This document shows positions 12,138 through 21,879 of a DNA stretch of 64,000 nucleotides, one piece after another. The notes beneath the pieces are model-generated. The model did not search any database. It was not told the origin of the DNA and saw only the letters and a program-made list of their open reading frames with translations. The stretch's first letter is position 1. Each line of letters starts with the position of its first letter. Location: NCBI GenBank assembly GCA_950097015.1, contig CATNEN010000001.1, forward strand, positions 14,694,001-14,758,000, read 5' to 3'. Both the position numbers and the translations under genes were made by a program. This DNA is from Macrostomum hystrix. Its lineage: Eukaryota; Animalia; Platyhelminthes.

Positions 12138-12578
12138 CCGGCCCCTGGCAACAGCATGCGGCATTACAAGTCAACTTAGTGAACTTGTTTCGTTATTTTT
12201 CGTTATTCAGTTGTGCCCAGTGCTCATGTGCTCATAAATATATGTGTGCTCGTATGCTCATAATTGTGTTCAGACCTGTAGACGCTGCACTTTTACGGCC
12301 TTCCAGTTGGTCTTTCTTGACGTGCTTGGTGTCGTGGAGCTGCTGCTTTCTCTTCCTGGAGATTCTATGATGAGAATCTATGATGAAAACTAGGATGAGA
12401 ATCTAGGATGAGAATATAAAATGAGAATCCAGGATGAGAATCGTAAATACAATGCAACTCGGATACCTGCGAAATATACTGCATCTCACTACCACACTTC
12501 CTCTCACTCTGCTGCATCTCACTACCACACTTCCTCTCACCCTACTGATCTCCATTTCACCCTACTGATCTCCCTCAC

Positions 12579-12907
12579 AGAAATGATCTCCTACACGACT
12601 GAGTTGGTTTCATGATTTCAAATGATTTCCACTCGAACTTATTAACCTGGAAAGTCACCTAGAAAATTTTATCTTAACTCTGACTATGTCAGTACACTAT
12701 ATGGCTGTCGTCGGTGTCCCAATAGATTTGAGCACAGTTTATCGAGTCGGATTCAATTGAAAATCAATCTAGAAATGATTTCCTGCACGACTGAGTTGGC
12801 TTCATGATTTCAAATGATTTCCACTCGAACTTATTAACCTGGAAAGTCACCTAGAAAATTTTATCTTAACTCTGACTATGTCAGTACACTATATGGCTGT
12901 CGTCGGT
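12579..12907. repeat. About 135-bp direct repeat, two copies (12579-12716, 12771-12907)
   Basis: agaaatgat.tcct.cacgactgagttgg...actatatggctgtcgtcggt occurs twice. Confidence 0.9.
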
Positions 12908-12919
12908 TTTTATTATTGC

Positions 12920-13180
12920 ATTTTTCGAGCTAGTAGAACCTACGAGCAAGAAATTGAATCCAACTGAATCGGGGCCTCACGGCTAGTAGTCTATGGCAAA
13001 AACTGTTTCAAAGCGTCAAACAAGAAAATCATGTACTGAAATGCGTGCTTGAAGGATTCACTTGCTTGACGCTTTCACACAGTTTTTGCCATAGATTACT
13101 AGCAGAGAAGCTCCGATTGCATGCACTTTTCTATTTTGCATTCGTTTGCTTGCTCGTAGGCTCTTTTAGCTTGCAGAAAG
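12920..13180. repeat. Long imperfect palindrome (foldback/MITE-like) downstream of the first recombinase gene
   Basis: cctacgagcaag pairs with cttgctcgtagg. ctagtagtctatggcaaaaactgt...aaagcgtcaa.caag pairs with cttg.ttgacgcttt...acagtttttgccatagattactag. Confidence 0.8.
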
Positions 13181-13452
13181 CTACATTCATCCATGCATTA
13201 AATAACCATGAACACAAATCCAGAACAGGAGCAATTGAATGTCACTGCCTATCAACGTTACTGCACATGTCAAAGACGCCTATTACTTACTCACCCCGAA
13301 CTTAAACGTGCAGTTTTCAAACCAGCCATTTTCGAAAATACGAGACACTTGGGCCTGGGTGTTCATCACTGCAATAATTGAAAGCGAAACTGTTTTGACA
13401 CCAAATGAACATTCATTCACCGACAAACATTTTCTGATAAATAAACATTCAT

Positions 13453-14766
13453 TTAATTACTCATAAACTTACCACTTGAAAGATGCACTTCATTAGCCGG
13501 CTTGACTTCGACAGGTGAGATACCGTCGACACCTGTCTCAATGCACGACATGTTTACGCCGTTCGATTGCTTGGGAACCTCGATAGGACGCTCTAAGGCG
13601 CCGCTTACAGCCGTCGACGCTTCAAAAACTGCGTGGTCGCGCTTCCTTGCTAGATATCGGCGCACCGTTTTTTCGCTCTTCTGACCTGTGATGCACATGA
13701 TATCGTTCATTCCATGGCCAGTCTCGTGCAAGTCCGCGATTCGCGTCACCCGTATGCAATGATTTGTATACTCTCGAGATAGACTACACTGCTTGCTAAG
13801 CCGTTTCATCAGTGAGGTGAACCAATTGATGCCACGTACCTGCTGAGATGAGAAACGCAGACAACCCGTCGTCTTGTCATTCGGTAGTGCTCTTGGGAAT
13901 AAGCAGTTGTCCTTGCGATCCGATGGGAGCAGCGAAATGTATTTATTCACCAGGTCCAGCTGCTTCCCATACAGCCTAGCTTGTTTCGAGCTGTCGTCCT
14001 TACAACGCGTAGGATCGGAACTTTGATTCTTCGTAGGCAGTATTGGAAGCGACATATAGGGTCTGCCATCAGCATCCACCTTCATCAACAGACTGCTTGC
14101 TGCCTTCAGTGCCGGCATGTGCTCTTGCCCACGTTCTCCAAAAACGTACATAATGGTGAACAATACCTCATCCTGCAACTTCTCAGCGGTACTTCCATCG
14201 AAATATGCTCGCAACTTTGTTAGATCAGCTTCCTCGATAGCCTCAAATTGCTTGGTAGCGCCTCCAGCATTGTGGAATTCCCTCACCTTCACTCTTAGCA
14301 TGCGATTGGAGCTCGCAAACTCTTCTCCGCCAATGAAGTTGATAGAGCGCTTCAGAATTACGAGGTTAAAGTACCGGTGTATCCCAGCTTTAATGCACAC
14401 AAGACTTGATGGCGAATACTTTTCACCGTCCGTCCTCTGTAGACCGAAATAATAATAGCGCAAGTACTCATTCAGCTTCCACACTTCCATCGTCACAGGC
14501 GACTCCTCGGTTGTCTCAGAGAGAAACTTCACGAAAGCCTACCCATGCCGATTCATCTGGTCCACAGTTGACTTTGGCAGTGACTGAATTTCTACGCCAT
14601 CCATTCTCGAACTCAGGTCCATGTCGTCGCCCGCCACCTCCGGAAGTTCGGGCAGTTCTTCAGTGCCATGATCGTTCTCAAGCCACTTAATGAAATCACT
14701 CAGGGCCTGGTCATCGTTATGTTCTCCATGCATGCTTATCTTCGACAAAAGTTGCAGCTCGTCCAT
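13453..14766 (-). pseudogene. Crypton-type tyrosine recombinase (DUF3504/KCTD1-like), copy 1, with one in-frame TAG
   Basis: ORFs 14539-14766 and 13453-14532 share a frame (RHG*AFVKFL). Motifs: DGEKYSPSSL..IKAGIHRY, GERGQE (catalytic R), TKN (K), YTNHCIR (HxxR), ITGQKSEKTVRRY (Tyr nucleophile). Confidence 0.88.
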
Positions 14767-15004
14767 CTTGACACCGTTTAGCGCGTCGACCGGTTGATTT
14801 TTCCAATTGATAAGCGCCGGAATTTCGTTCGCAGGAGTGGGAAGCTACAAAAACGCGTCCCTTAACATGTCAAGAGTGATGAGAAAAAGACATCCATATT
14901 GCAAGTTTTCTGTCTATGGCCCAAGTAACCTCTGCAGACAACATAGCGAGCAACGTTTAGTCTATGGTCAAGAGGAAAGTCTGGATTAATGGCACTTAAA
15001 AAGT

Positions 15005-15111
15005 GTGGAATAATGGCCGCAAAAGTGTGGAATAATGACTGCGCGCTGAGTGAAAGTGTACATACAATGCACTATGCGCTATGCGCACTCGTGATTTGGC
15101 CATTATTCCAC
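15005..15111. repeat. Hairpin upstream of recombinase copy 1
   Basis: Perfect 14-bp inverted repeat gtggaataatggcc (15005-15018) / ggccattattccac (15098-15111). It encloses gcgctatgcgcactcgtg, a core shared with the 17.3-kb hairpin. Confidence 0.75.
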
Positions 15112-15631
15112 TCAGCCACATACCATACAATCTATCATTGCTGCAGAATAGGGCACACGCTGTAGAATAAAAATGGCTGTTAGTTTGAAGGCTGATTTAG
15201 CCTTCGTCTTCAACAGACAGCAGCAGAAAAAGAAGCAGCAGCTTTGTCCATAGACGGCATCAACATTTTCCGGGCATTATTTACTTAAAGCCCGCAAATT
15301 CAATGAGGCATCACCATGCTCTATAAGAGATAGAACACGCTTTTTTCGGGCACTATTGACATATGGCCAAGCATTCTTAAATTGCTGAGAAATATTCATT
15401 GTCTATGGCCAAAAAGCAATCCTTCACCAATAACGCGACTGTGCAGTAAATCCCAAGCCGTACTGTAAATTCCAACCACCGTGCTGTAAATTCCCGCACG
15501 TATTCAACTTATTAAATTTATTTAAGTCAATAGATGAGCAAGTGCACATTAAAAAGTGCAACAACAAACAAAGCAAAGTTTTTATGGAAAACCCAGTACA
15601 TCAAGAACACACCTGTTAGTGTCGGCGTCTT

Positions 15632-17125
15632 TCACATCTTTCCAAATGTGCAGTTGCTGACCGGTGCGTGAAACTTGAAAACAACTTGCACGGTTGTTTT
15701 CTCAGCATCGTCACAACTCTGGCTTGTAGGCGAGGCATTCTGGGATCGACGTACCGATACTGTGTGGCTTACAGCAGGCTGCTTTCGTGCGGACTCCACG
15801 ACAGCATCGGTTGTAGAATTCAAGGACTCATGAAATGAGCCGCACATCTCTTGCACCTCACCGACATAGCGGGATCCAAACCGCAGGTACCGCTCAACGG
15901 TTTTTGTCGCCTTCTGTCCTGTCACCTTGCAAATATCGGACACACTGTGTCCGGCATCTGCAAGTCGCTTGACAACAGTCGGTCGAACGTTATGTCCAGT
16001 GTAGCGCTTGCTAAGGCCGGCATCCTCACTGATGCGAGCTATCATTCCGGTCAGAGTATTGATGCCGATAGGCTGTTTCCCAAAATACCAGTTGCTGTTC
16101 TCATAACCCTTCTCTCGCGGCTTCAGAAAAAGGCGGCTGTAGACGAAGCACCCACAGCAGTTGCTGATGATGTACAGGAAATAGATTCCTCTCTCTTCAC
16201 CAAGTACAAACGGAGACACTGCACAGGGCAATGAACATCGGCACTGGTCATTACAGACTCCTTCACATTGCACGAAGCATCTCTTATTAAGTTGCTTCTT
16301 CGTTTCCAACATCTTCACCTTTCCCTCGAGAACAATCTCCCGGCCGTCGGGCGCCCTACCGAAGACAAAGCTATCGGTACTCAAACCACGTAGCCACTCT
16401 CGTCCTCTGGTCCCAAAGTAGTAAACCGTGTTATAATATACTTCTTTAAGCAGTCTCAACGGAGTAGAACGGTTAAAGTAGGCAGACAGACGCGCCAAAT
16501 CCTCAGGATCGATTGCTTCGAAGTGAGACACGGAACCTCCCTCGTTGAAGAAACGCCGTCCGACCATCCTAAGAGTCTCATTGGCTCGGTAAAACTCTGG
16601 GTCAGCAATGATGTTGAAACTTCTTTGCCGCATGAAGAAGTGGAAAAGCGCCGCTCCTGAATACATACGAGTGTCGCAGGAGCATAAGCCTTTTCCATCA
16701 CGCCTCTTCAATGTCCCGTAGAAATACCGCAGGGCGTTATTCAGATCCTCCTTCGTACAGGAAGTCTCTTCGAACTTCATGGCCGGATATGCAGATACAA
16801 ACTTCCGAAAGAGGCCCAAGTAGAGATCTTCTTGTCGCTACGTCCCTTCAACACAGTTGATCTTCTCAAGTTCCTGCAAATCTGCGTCCAGCTGCGTCAG
16901 TGCAGATTCTTCCTGGCCAGGTCCATCGATCTGTGGTAACAATTCGAAGAGTTTATTGCTCACCTCGTCGAGATCTTCGGTAAAATCGTCAGCGACACCC
17001 AGTTGCTCGTCAACCATTGCCATCACTTCCTGCCAGGCCAAAGCCTGATCAATCTCCGTAGACGCAAGACCCGAAGTCATTTCATTCGGAAATGTATAGT
17101 CAATTAGTCTAATGATTCGAGACAT
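15632..17125 (-). pseudogene. Crypton-type tyrosine recombinase, copy 2, with an in-frame TAG and compensating frameshifts
   Basis: ORFs 16838-17179 and 15632-16819 share a frame (EGT*RQEDLYLGLFRKF). The conserved KAYAPATLVCI segment falls in another frame (ORF 16456-16701). Motifs: GTRGREW, WYFGKQPIGINTL, YTGHNVR, VTGQKATKTVERY. Confidence 0.88.
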
Positions 17126-17271
17126 TTTCGGTTGTATTTCTTCTCTCGTCGCTACTTTCTGGCCAAACCTAAATTTCACTTATCCCTCTTATAGTCCATG
17201 CGTGCGGTAAATTCCAATCTGTCTATGTCTATGGCTAAAACCAGAAGAATGCTTTGCGCATAAATCAATGA

Positions 17272-17377
17272 ATTTATCACTAGGTTTCGAGTGCGTAAAT
17301 AGTCTTGGCACGAGTGCGCGTAGCGCATAGCGCACTCGTGCCAAGACTATCTACGCACTCGAAACCTAGAGATAAAT
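17272..17377. repeat. Near-perfect hairpin with 48-bp arms (46/48) and a 10-nt loop
   Basis: atttatcactaggtttcgagtgcgtaaatagtcttggcacgagtgcgc-gtagcgcata-gcgcactcgtgccaagactatctacgcactcgaaacctagagataaat. A small gagcc-ttc-ggctc hairpin between two TTAA follows (17389-17423). Confidence 0.95.
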
Positions 17378-17495
17378 CTACCATTTACTTAATACCATCG
17401 AGCCTTCGGCTCTCGGGCATTAAAAAAATTGTGCCCGGAAAAGCGTGCTTTATCTCCTGCATAAAAGCCTTTGTCAGTGCCGCTGTAGTCTATGG

Positions 17496-18150
17496 TAACC
17501 AGCTTGCTGATATTTTATGTCGATCACGCCGACCTGTGGCAAAACAGCGAAGCAAATAGTGATACCAGTGCTTTTCTGTCCCGCAGCTGTTCGGTATGCA
17601 CTCTCGCCTCGAAGCGCTCGTCCTTGCTGACGTCTTGTTCAGGATTCATAGCCGAACTCGTCAATAAAAACTTTAGGAGAGTTCACAACATATGCAGAGC
17701 ACCACCAATTGTAATAGGCTTCTCGCTCAGCTAAGGCAGACGGCGAGTTCCTCTCCACAGGAACGTCCCGAACCAGCTTAACAGTGTATGCTAGACCACT
17801 GAGATGTCGGCTCAGTGTTTTCACTGATACATTTGGCTTCTCAGGGAACCTCACTTGCAGGCAGTGCTTCATCTTGGCAAGTGTAAGAACAGGTTTATCA
17901 TCCAGTAGTTCGGTGCAGCATTGCTCCATCTGCTCGTCAAACATTGAATACGTTCTACCGCCTGGGTCTCTTTTCCCGACGACCAGATCGCACGATGGAA
18001 TAGGCTGTAGCTCGATTTATATTCATTAGTCTTGCGAGCCGAAGATAATCTTGCCCATTCACATGAGCATCAAGAAGGCGGCCTCTATCATCGTCTGACA
18101 CTCTCCCGTATTGCCCACGGGTTTCTTCATCACCTTGATCTTCTCCAAGA
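17496..18150 (-). pseudogene. Tc1/IS630-family DDE transposase fragment (HTH to just past the first Asp)
   Basis: RVSDDDRGRLL...LARLMNINRATAYSIV (HTH), then a frameshift, then PVLTLAKMK...VSVKTLSRHL..LAYTVK...P.ERNS...VFIDEFGYES*TRRQQGRA...ITICFAV. Homology ends at the 17488-17495 motif. Confidence 0.82.
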
Positions 18151-18606
18151 AATTATTTGTCTCTATCTTGTTTAAGTAGCTATGCGTCACTCATTCCACT
18201 GTATTTCTCTGTTGAAAAAAGTGAGGTCTTTCACTTTATGTACTGAGAACCAAAGGTTTTGATATAAATGTAGCCTTCAAAAACGTCTATGGTTTAAACT
18301 GAATGCAAAATGTTGAATTTTAATGTATATTGTTTATATCGAATGACTATTTTTACACTCTGCAATAAAGTTTTGTCATAGACAATACAAGAAGAATGTG
18401 GCGGGTTGAAACTGAGTGCACTTTGCAGAAAATGAATGTCTTTTGTTAAAATTGAATGCAAGGCTGCCGAATTCGGATGCTGGTCTGACAGGTTAAAAAT
18501 ATATTGATGAATTTTATTGCAAGCTTGCTGAAATTGAATAAGCGTTTGTTTGAAATTGAACGAAAAATGTGTATTAAGAATATGCAATTAATGCAGTTCG
18601 AACTAT

Positions 18607-20699
18607 TGTAATGGTTGGGAGTTTTTGAAGCCACTGATCTGCCCTCGTGAAGGGTGGGAGCTCGGAGACGGGCGATAGAGTCGATTGTATATCTGCCTAG
18701 CTACTCGCGAGATGCCGCGGAGAGAGGGAGGGGAGAAAAGGGGAGATGAGGAGGTTCAATGGATGCAGGGAGTGGTCCTATTGGCCTCAGGCTGGCCAGT
18801 CCCACTCGTCCCATAGGCCACAGACATGACTGCTGTGCCTACCCCAAGCTGTGCTCGAAACCGGCGAAAAGTCTAAAGGGGGGCGTCGGATTATCCGGAA
18901 TCAGACAAGACAGGGCTAAGTAGCCTACTGTCGTCAGTAGCGCGGTGCGCCACTGACTCCTAGCCTTGGTAGCGGTGGTCAAACCGGTCTAGGCTCTTGC
19001 CACAGAACTGCGGAAAGGCTATCGGCAAAGCGGATAGATGATCTAGGGTAGCACCACCACCCAATGCGGCTACGTTGCCACCGCAGGCATTTGGGAACTT
19101 GGGTCCCCGGAGTACACAGCTCCTAGTTTATCACGCAGATCTAGACAAGCCGAAAATAGGGCATTACTGCAACTTCCGTTTTAGACGGGTGAGAGCCCCA
19201 GAATGGATCGAGACACGCCTCAAAGGAGATTCCTGAATTCGCGCTACAGGGGTCTAGAAAGGTGGTACTAAGAACTCGAATGAGAATCCGTAGCCAGAAT
19301 CCTACTCATAACACATCGGGCACATTCCATACATTAGACTGCAGCCCACAAATTAAGTAACTAACAAATCCGAATCCGTGTGAGTTGAGGAGATCAGAGG
19401 CTGGAGAGATTAAGCAGAACAGCCGGCCAAGGAATCCCCCACCCCTGGCAGAGATGCACATGCTACGCTCCGCATCTGCTCGCGAATCCCTAGCTCCTTA
19501 TTCCTCTCATGCGCGCTCACAGTTATCTTCCTGCCACAGCCTTCAGCTCGGCCTCGCCAGAGCCCACCCCTTAGTGAATTAGCCACTAATGTCCGAGAGC
19601 TGTCTAATAGAGAAATAAATAGTGCCGTCTTCCGCTACTAAAGCTGCCTAGCTAGCAGAAGGATATCTAGGAATGACAATCAAAAGCCGCTGCGCGGGTT
19701 ACTTAACTGAATACCGGTCGCGTGCTGCAGGCCTGTAGTTCTCGAGGGAAGGGACAGGGCAAAATTAGCGAGGAAAGGGAAAGGAGCTGGCAGGCAGGGG
19801 CCAACACACTGGCGGGCGCGAAGCGCAATTTCAGAGCTCACCTGAAGAGGCGGCTTGTCCTATTCGGGGCTTATAGACAGGCAATGGGCCTGTAAGCGCT
19901 AGCTGAGCTTTAAGCTCTAGGGTCTAAACACTAAGCTGGTGGAGTTAGACTGCGGAGTAGGTGAAGGGACTCGGCTACAGGAGTCCGCGGACTAAGGTGA
20001 GCCCACGGGTCCGAGGGAGTCGCAAGTTTGCGGTCGGAAAGTCCGGGTTCGGCGGTCCGGGGCTCCTTTTCTTGGGGAACAGCGCAGCGCGCTTGCTTAA
20101 ATAGTCCTGCAGCACGCCAACCTCGATATTCATCAAAATAACCCACATCCACGCCGGCCTGTCAACGAGGAATCGGAGCGGCGATGGGCCACCCCGATTA
20201 CCCAATGAACCAGCGGCGAGAAACGACAGATGCTCCTTTACGAGCAGCCGCCGGCAGTCGGCCAATAATTGCTACTCCGCCACGACAATGGGAGGCGCAG
20301 GCGCCAACCTGCCTACAGTGACGTTACATGTATCTAAAGGGGAAAGGGCTGGGCTCGGATTACACTAAAGAAGTGGGGACATGAAGAATTATTGATCACT
20401 TGAATGCCTGAGTGATTCCCGATATCTGATCGCGGTTTGGAGGGGAATTATTACCTAAACTAGCTCATACAATAAAGTTATGGGCCCGCGATCAGTCATT
20501 CCTACAGGGGTCAAGACAGATCGAGGGAGAGGGGATCGATGGCTACTTAATTCACCGCCGCCCCAAACCCGGCCCTAAGATTAATGATCTTGCTTTTGTG
20601 GCCAGCTGCTATTTGGGTTGCGGTTATTAATTGCTTAAAATTTCGAAAAAAAATTCTGGCTCACACCCTCACTCGATTCTCGTAGCACACTCCACATCA
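18607..20699 (+). mobile_element. Solo LTR (Ty3/Gypsy-like), 2093 bp
   Basis: TGTAATGG...CCACATCA termini with a 4-bp TSD CTAT (18603-18606, 20700-20703). AATAAA near 20471. Homologous over its full length to 22662-25031 in inverted orientation. Confidence 0.88.
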
Positions 20700-20845
20700 C
20701 TATAAACAATTTATCAAGTAAATTGAACAAGTCGAATATTTTAAATTGCCTGCATTGTGTCGCCATGCCTGCATCATCATCATCAGTGCCATCTCCAAAC
20801 GATGCGGAAGCATCCAACTGTCACGACGATTACAGTCGTCGATGC

Positions 20846-21179
20846 ACAACATGTGGTTGTTGTTTTTGTTGGCGTACGGATCCCTCGTTTGGCATATGGG
20901 GGCGCGCCAGCGCGCCCGTCGCCTCGATGAAGATCCGCACCCGATTCGGGTCCTCCCACAGGAGGGACATTGAGCCAGAAGAAGGGAGGAGGTTGCGGCG
21001 TTGATCGGCCCACCTGGGGCAGTCGAGCAGGAAGTGCCGTGTTTCCTCCTCGGGAGCGTTGCATTGAGGGCCTCGGGAGCGTTGCAGTGAGGGCAAGACG
21101 CAGCGGGTACCTTGCCCCAGCGGTGTCGAGTAGCTTGCAGGATTGGCGCGCGGTTCGCCCTGAGTTGGAACAGGATGCG
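20846..21179 (-). mobile_element. 5'-truncated non-LTR retrotransposon (I/Nimb/Ingi-like) 3' end
   Basis: ILFQLRANRAPILQATRHRWG...CPHCNAPE/EETRHFLLDCPRW...LLWEDP..V..FIEATG is the ORF2 C-terminal CCHC region. It has a (CAA)-rich tail and a flanking direct repeat GTCGATGC (20838-20845, 21180-21187). Confidence 0.8.
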
Positions 21180-21294
21180 GTCGATGCTGAGCTAGACGAA
21201 GAGCCAGGCTACGGTGATTACGGGCATGATAAAACAAAAGTCTGGTAAGGTAACTCGCTTTATAGGCAACAGGAACAGAAATGGAATTGCCAAC

Positions 21295-21727
21295 ATATGT
21301 TTAAAGTGCCGAAGCTTTTCGTCCTAAGCGGACATCGTCAGGGTCGATTTATTGAAAAACGAAAACGCAGGTGTTTAAAAGTAGGTTGTTGTACATTGTG
21401 AGTTAAAGTCCGATGGGCAGGTCAAAAGGCGAACCATGATCAAGAGGTTGGAGAGGAGCGCACACAAAACGCAGAGAGAGAGCGTGCCTCATACGTCAGA
21501 ACACTTGGAGCTGTTGGCTTGCACTGCTCCCCGCTAATTGGACATTAAGGTTTGGCTTGAGGACCTTGATGTACATGGCTTCAAGAATGGTCAGTTTGTA
21601 ATCTTGCCTGCACGCTTCAAAAACTTTGAACAGTTTAAGTGGCTGTTTATTACAACAACTATCGCAACCTAGCAAATGGTCCCGGATAGCAGAGTTTTTC
21701 ACCCAACTCCTTAGCCTACGTGTATAA
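21295..21727 (-). mobile_element. Penelope-like element 3' fragment (GIY-YIG endonuclease C-terminus plus pLTR region)
   Basis: NSAIRDHLLGC..C...FKVFEACRQDYKLTILEAMYIKVLKPNLNVQL is the typical PLE endonuclease tail. A hammerhead motif lies downstream. Confidence 0.82.
21308..21345 (-). ncRNA. Minimal type-I hammerhead ribozyme
   Basis: The minus strand reads gacc-CTGACGA-t-GTCC-gctta-GGAC-GAAA-agct-TC-ggc: core boxes, stem II and a palindromic AAGCTT stem III. Stem I is short and imperfect. Confidence 0.65.
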
Positions 21728-21879
21728 ATGTCGTTTTGTCTTTTCCATGTAAGTAGTGCTCTGATCCACAGAACAATTGAATTGGTACACGACACCTGCA
21801 ACAAGTGGCCTTGGAACACGGTTTTTCAATCTACTAACAAAACGGGAAATCTTGTCTGTGCGAAAGATGACCTTGATAT

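Larger units (their letters stand above)
15248..17495 (-). mobile_element. Candidate Crypton-like element with CCATAGAC...GTCTATGG inverted termini around recombinase copy 2
   Basis: Terminal 8-bp inverted motifs at 15248-15255 and 17488-17495. Subterminal inverted repeat gagatagaacacgcttttttcgggcactatt (15327-15357) matches the reverse complement of 17427-17456. No TSD was seen. Confidence 0.6.

Noticed and set aside
17420-17490. Continuation of the Tc1 transposase (TTAALTKAFMQEIK) beyond the GTCTATGG motif
   Set aside because: This segment matches the subterminal inverted repeat at 15327-15357, so it is better explained as the end of the recombinase element.
6120-17640. Stop-codon reassignment explaining the TAA/TAG/TGA codons in the ETS, recombinase and Tc1 frames
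   Set aside because: HES and the 30 TRPM exons translate cleanly with the standard code, and recombinase copy 2 and the Tc1 fragment also carry frameshifts.
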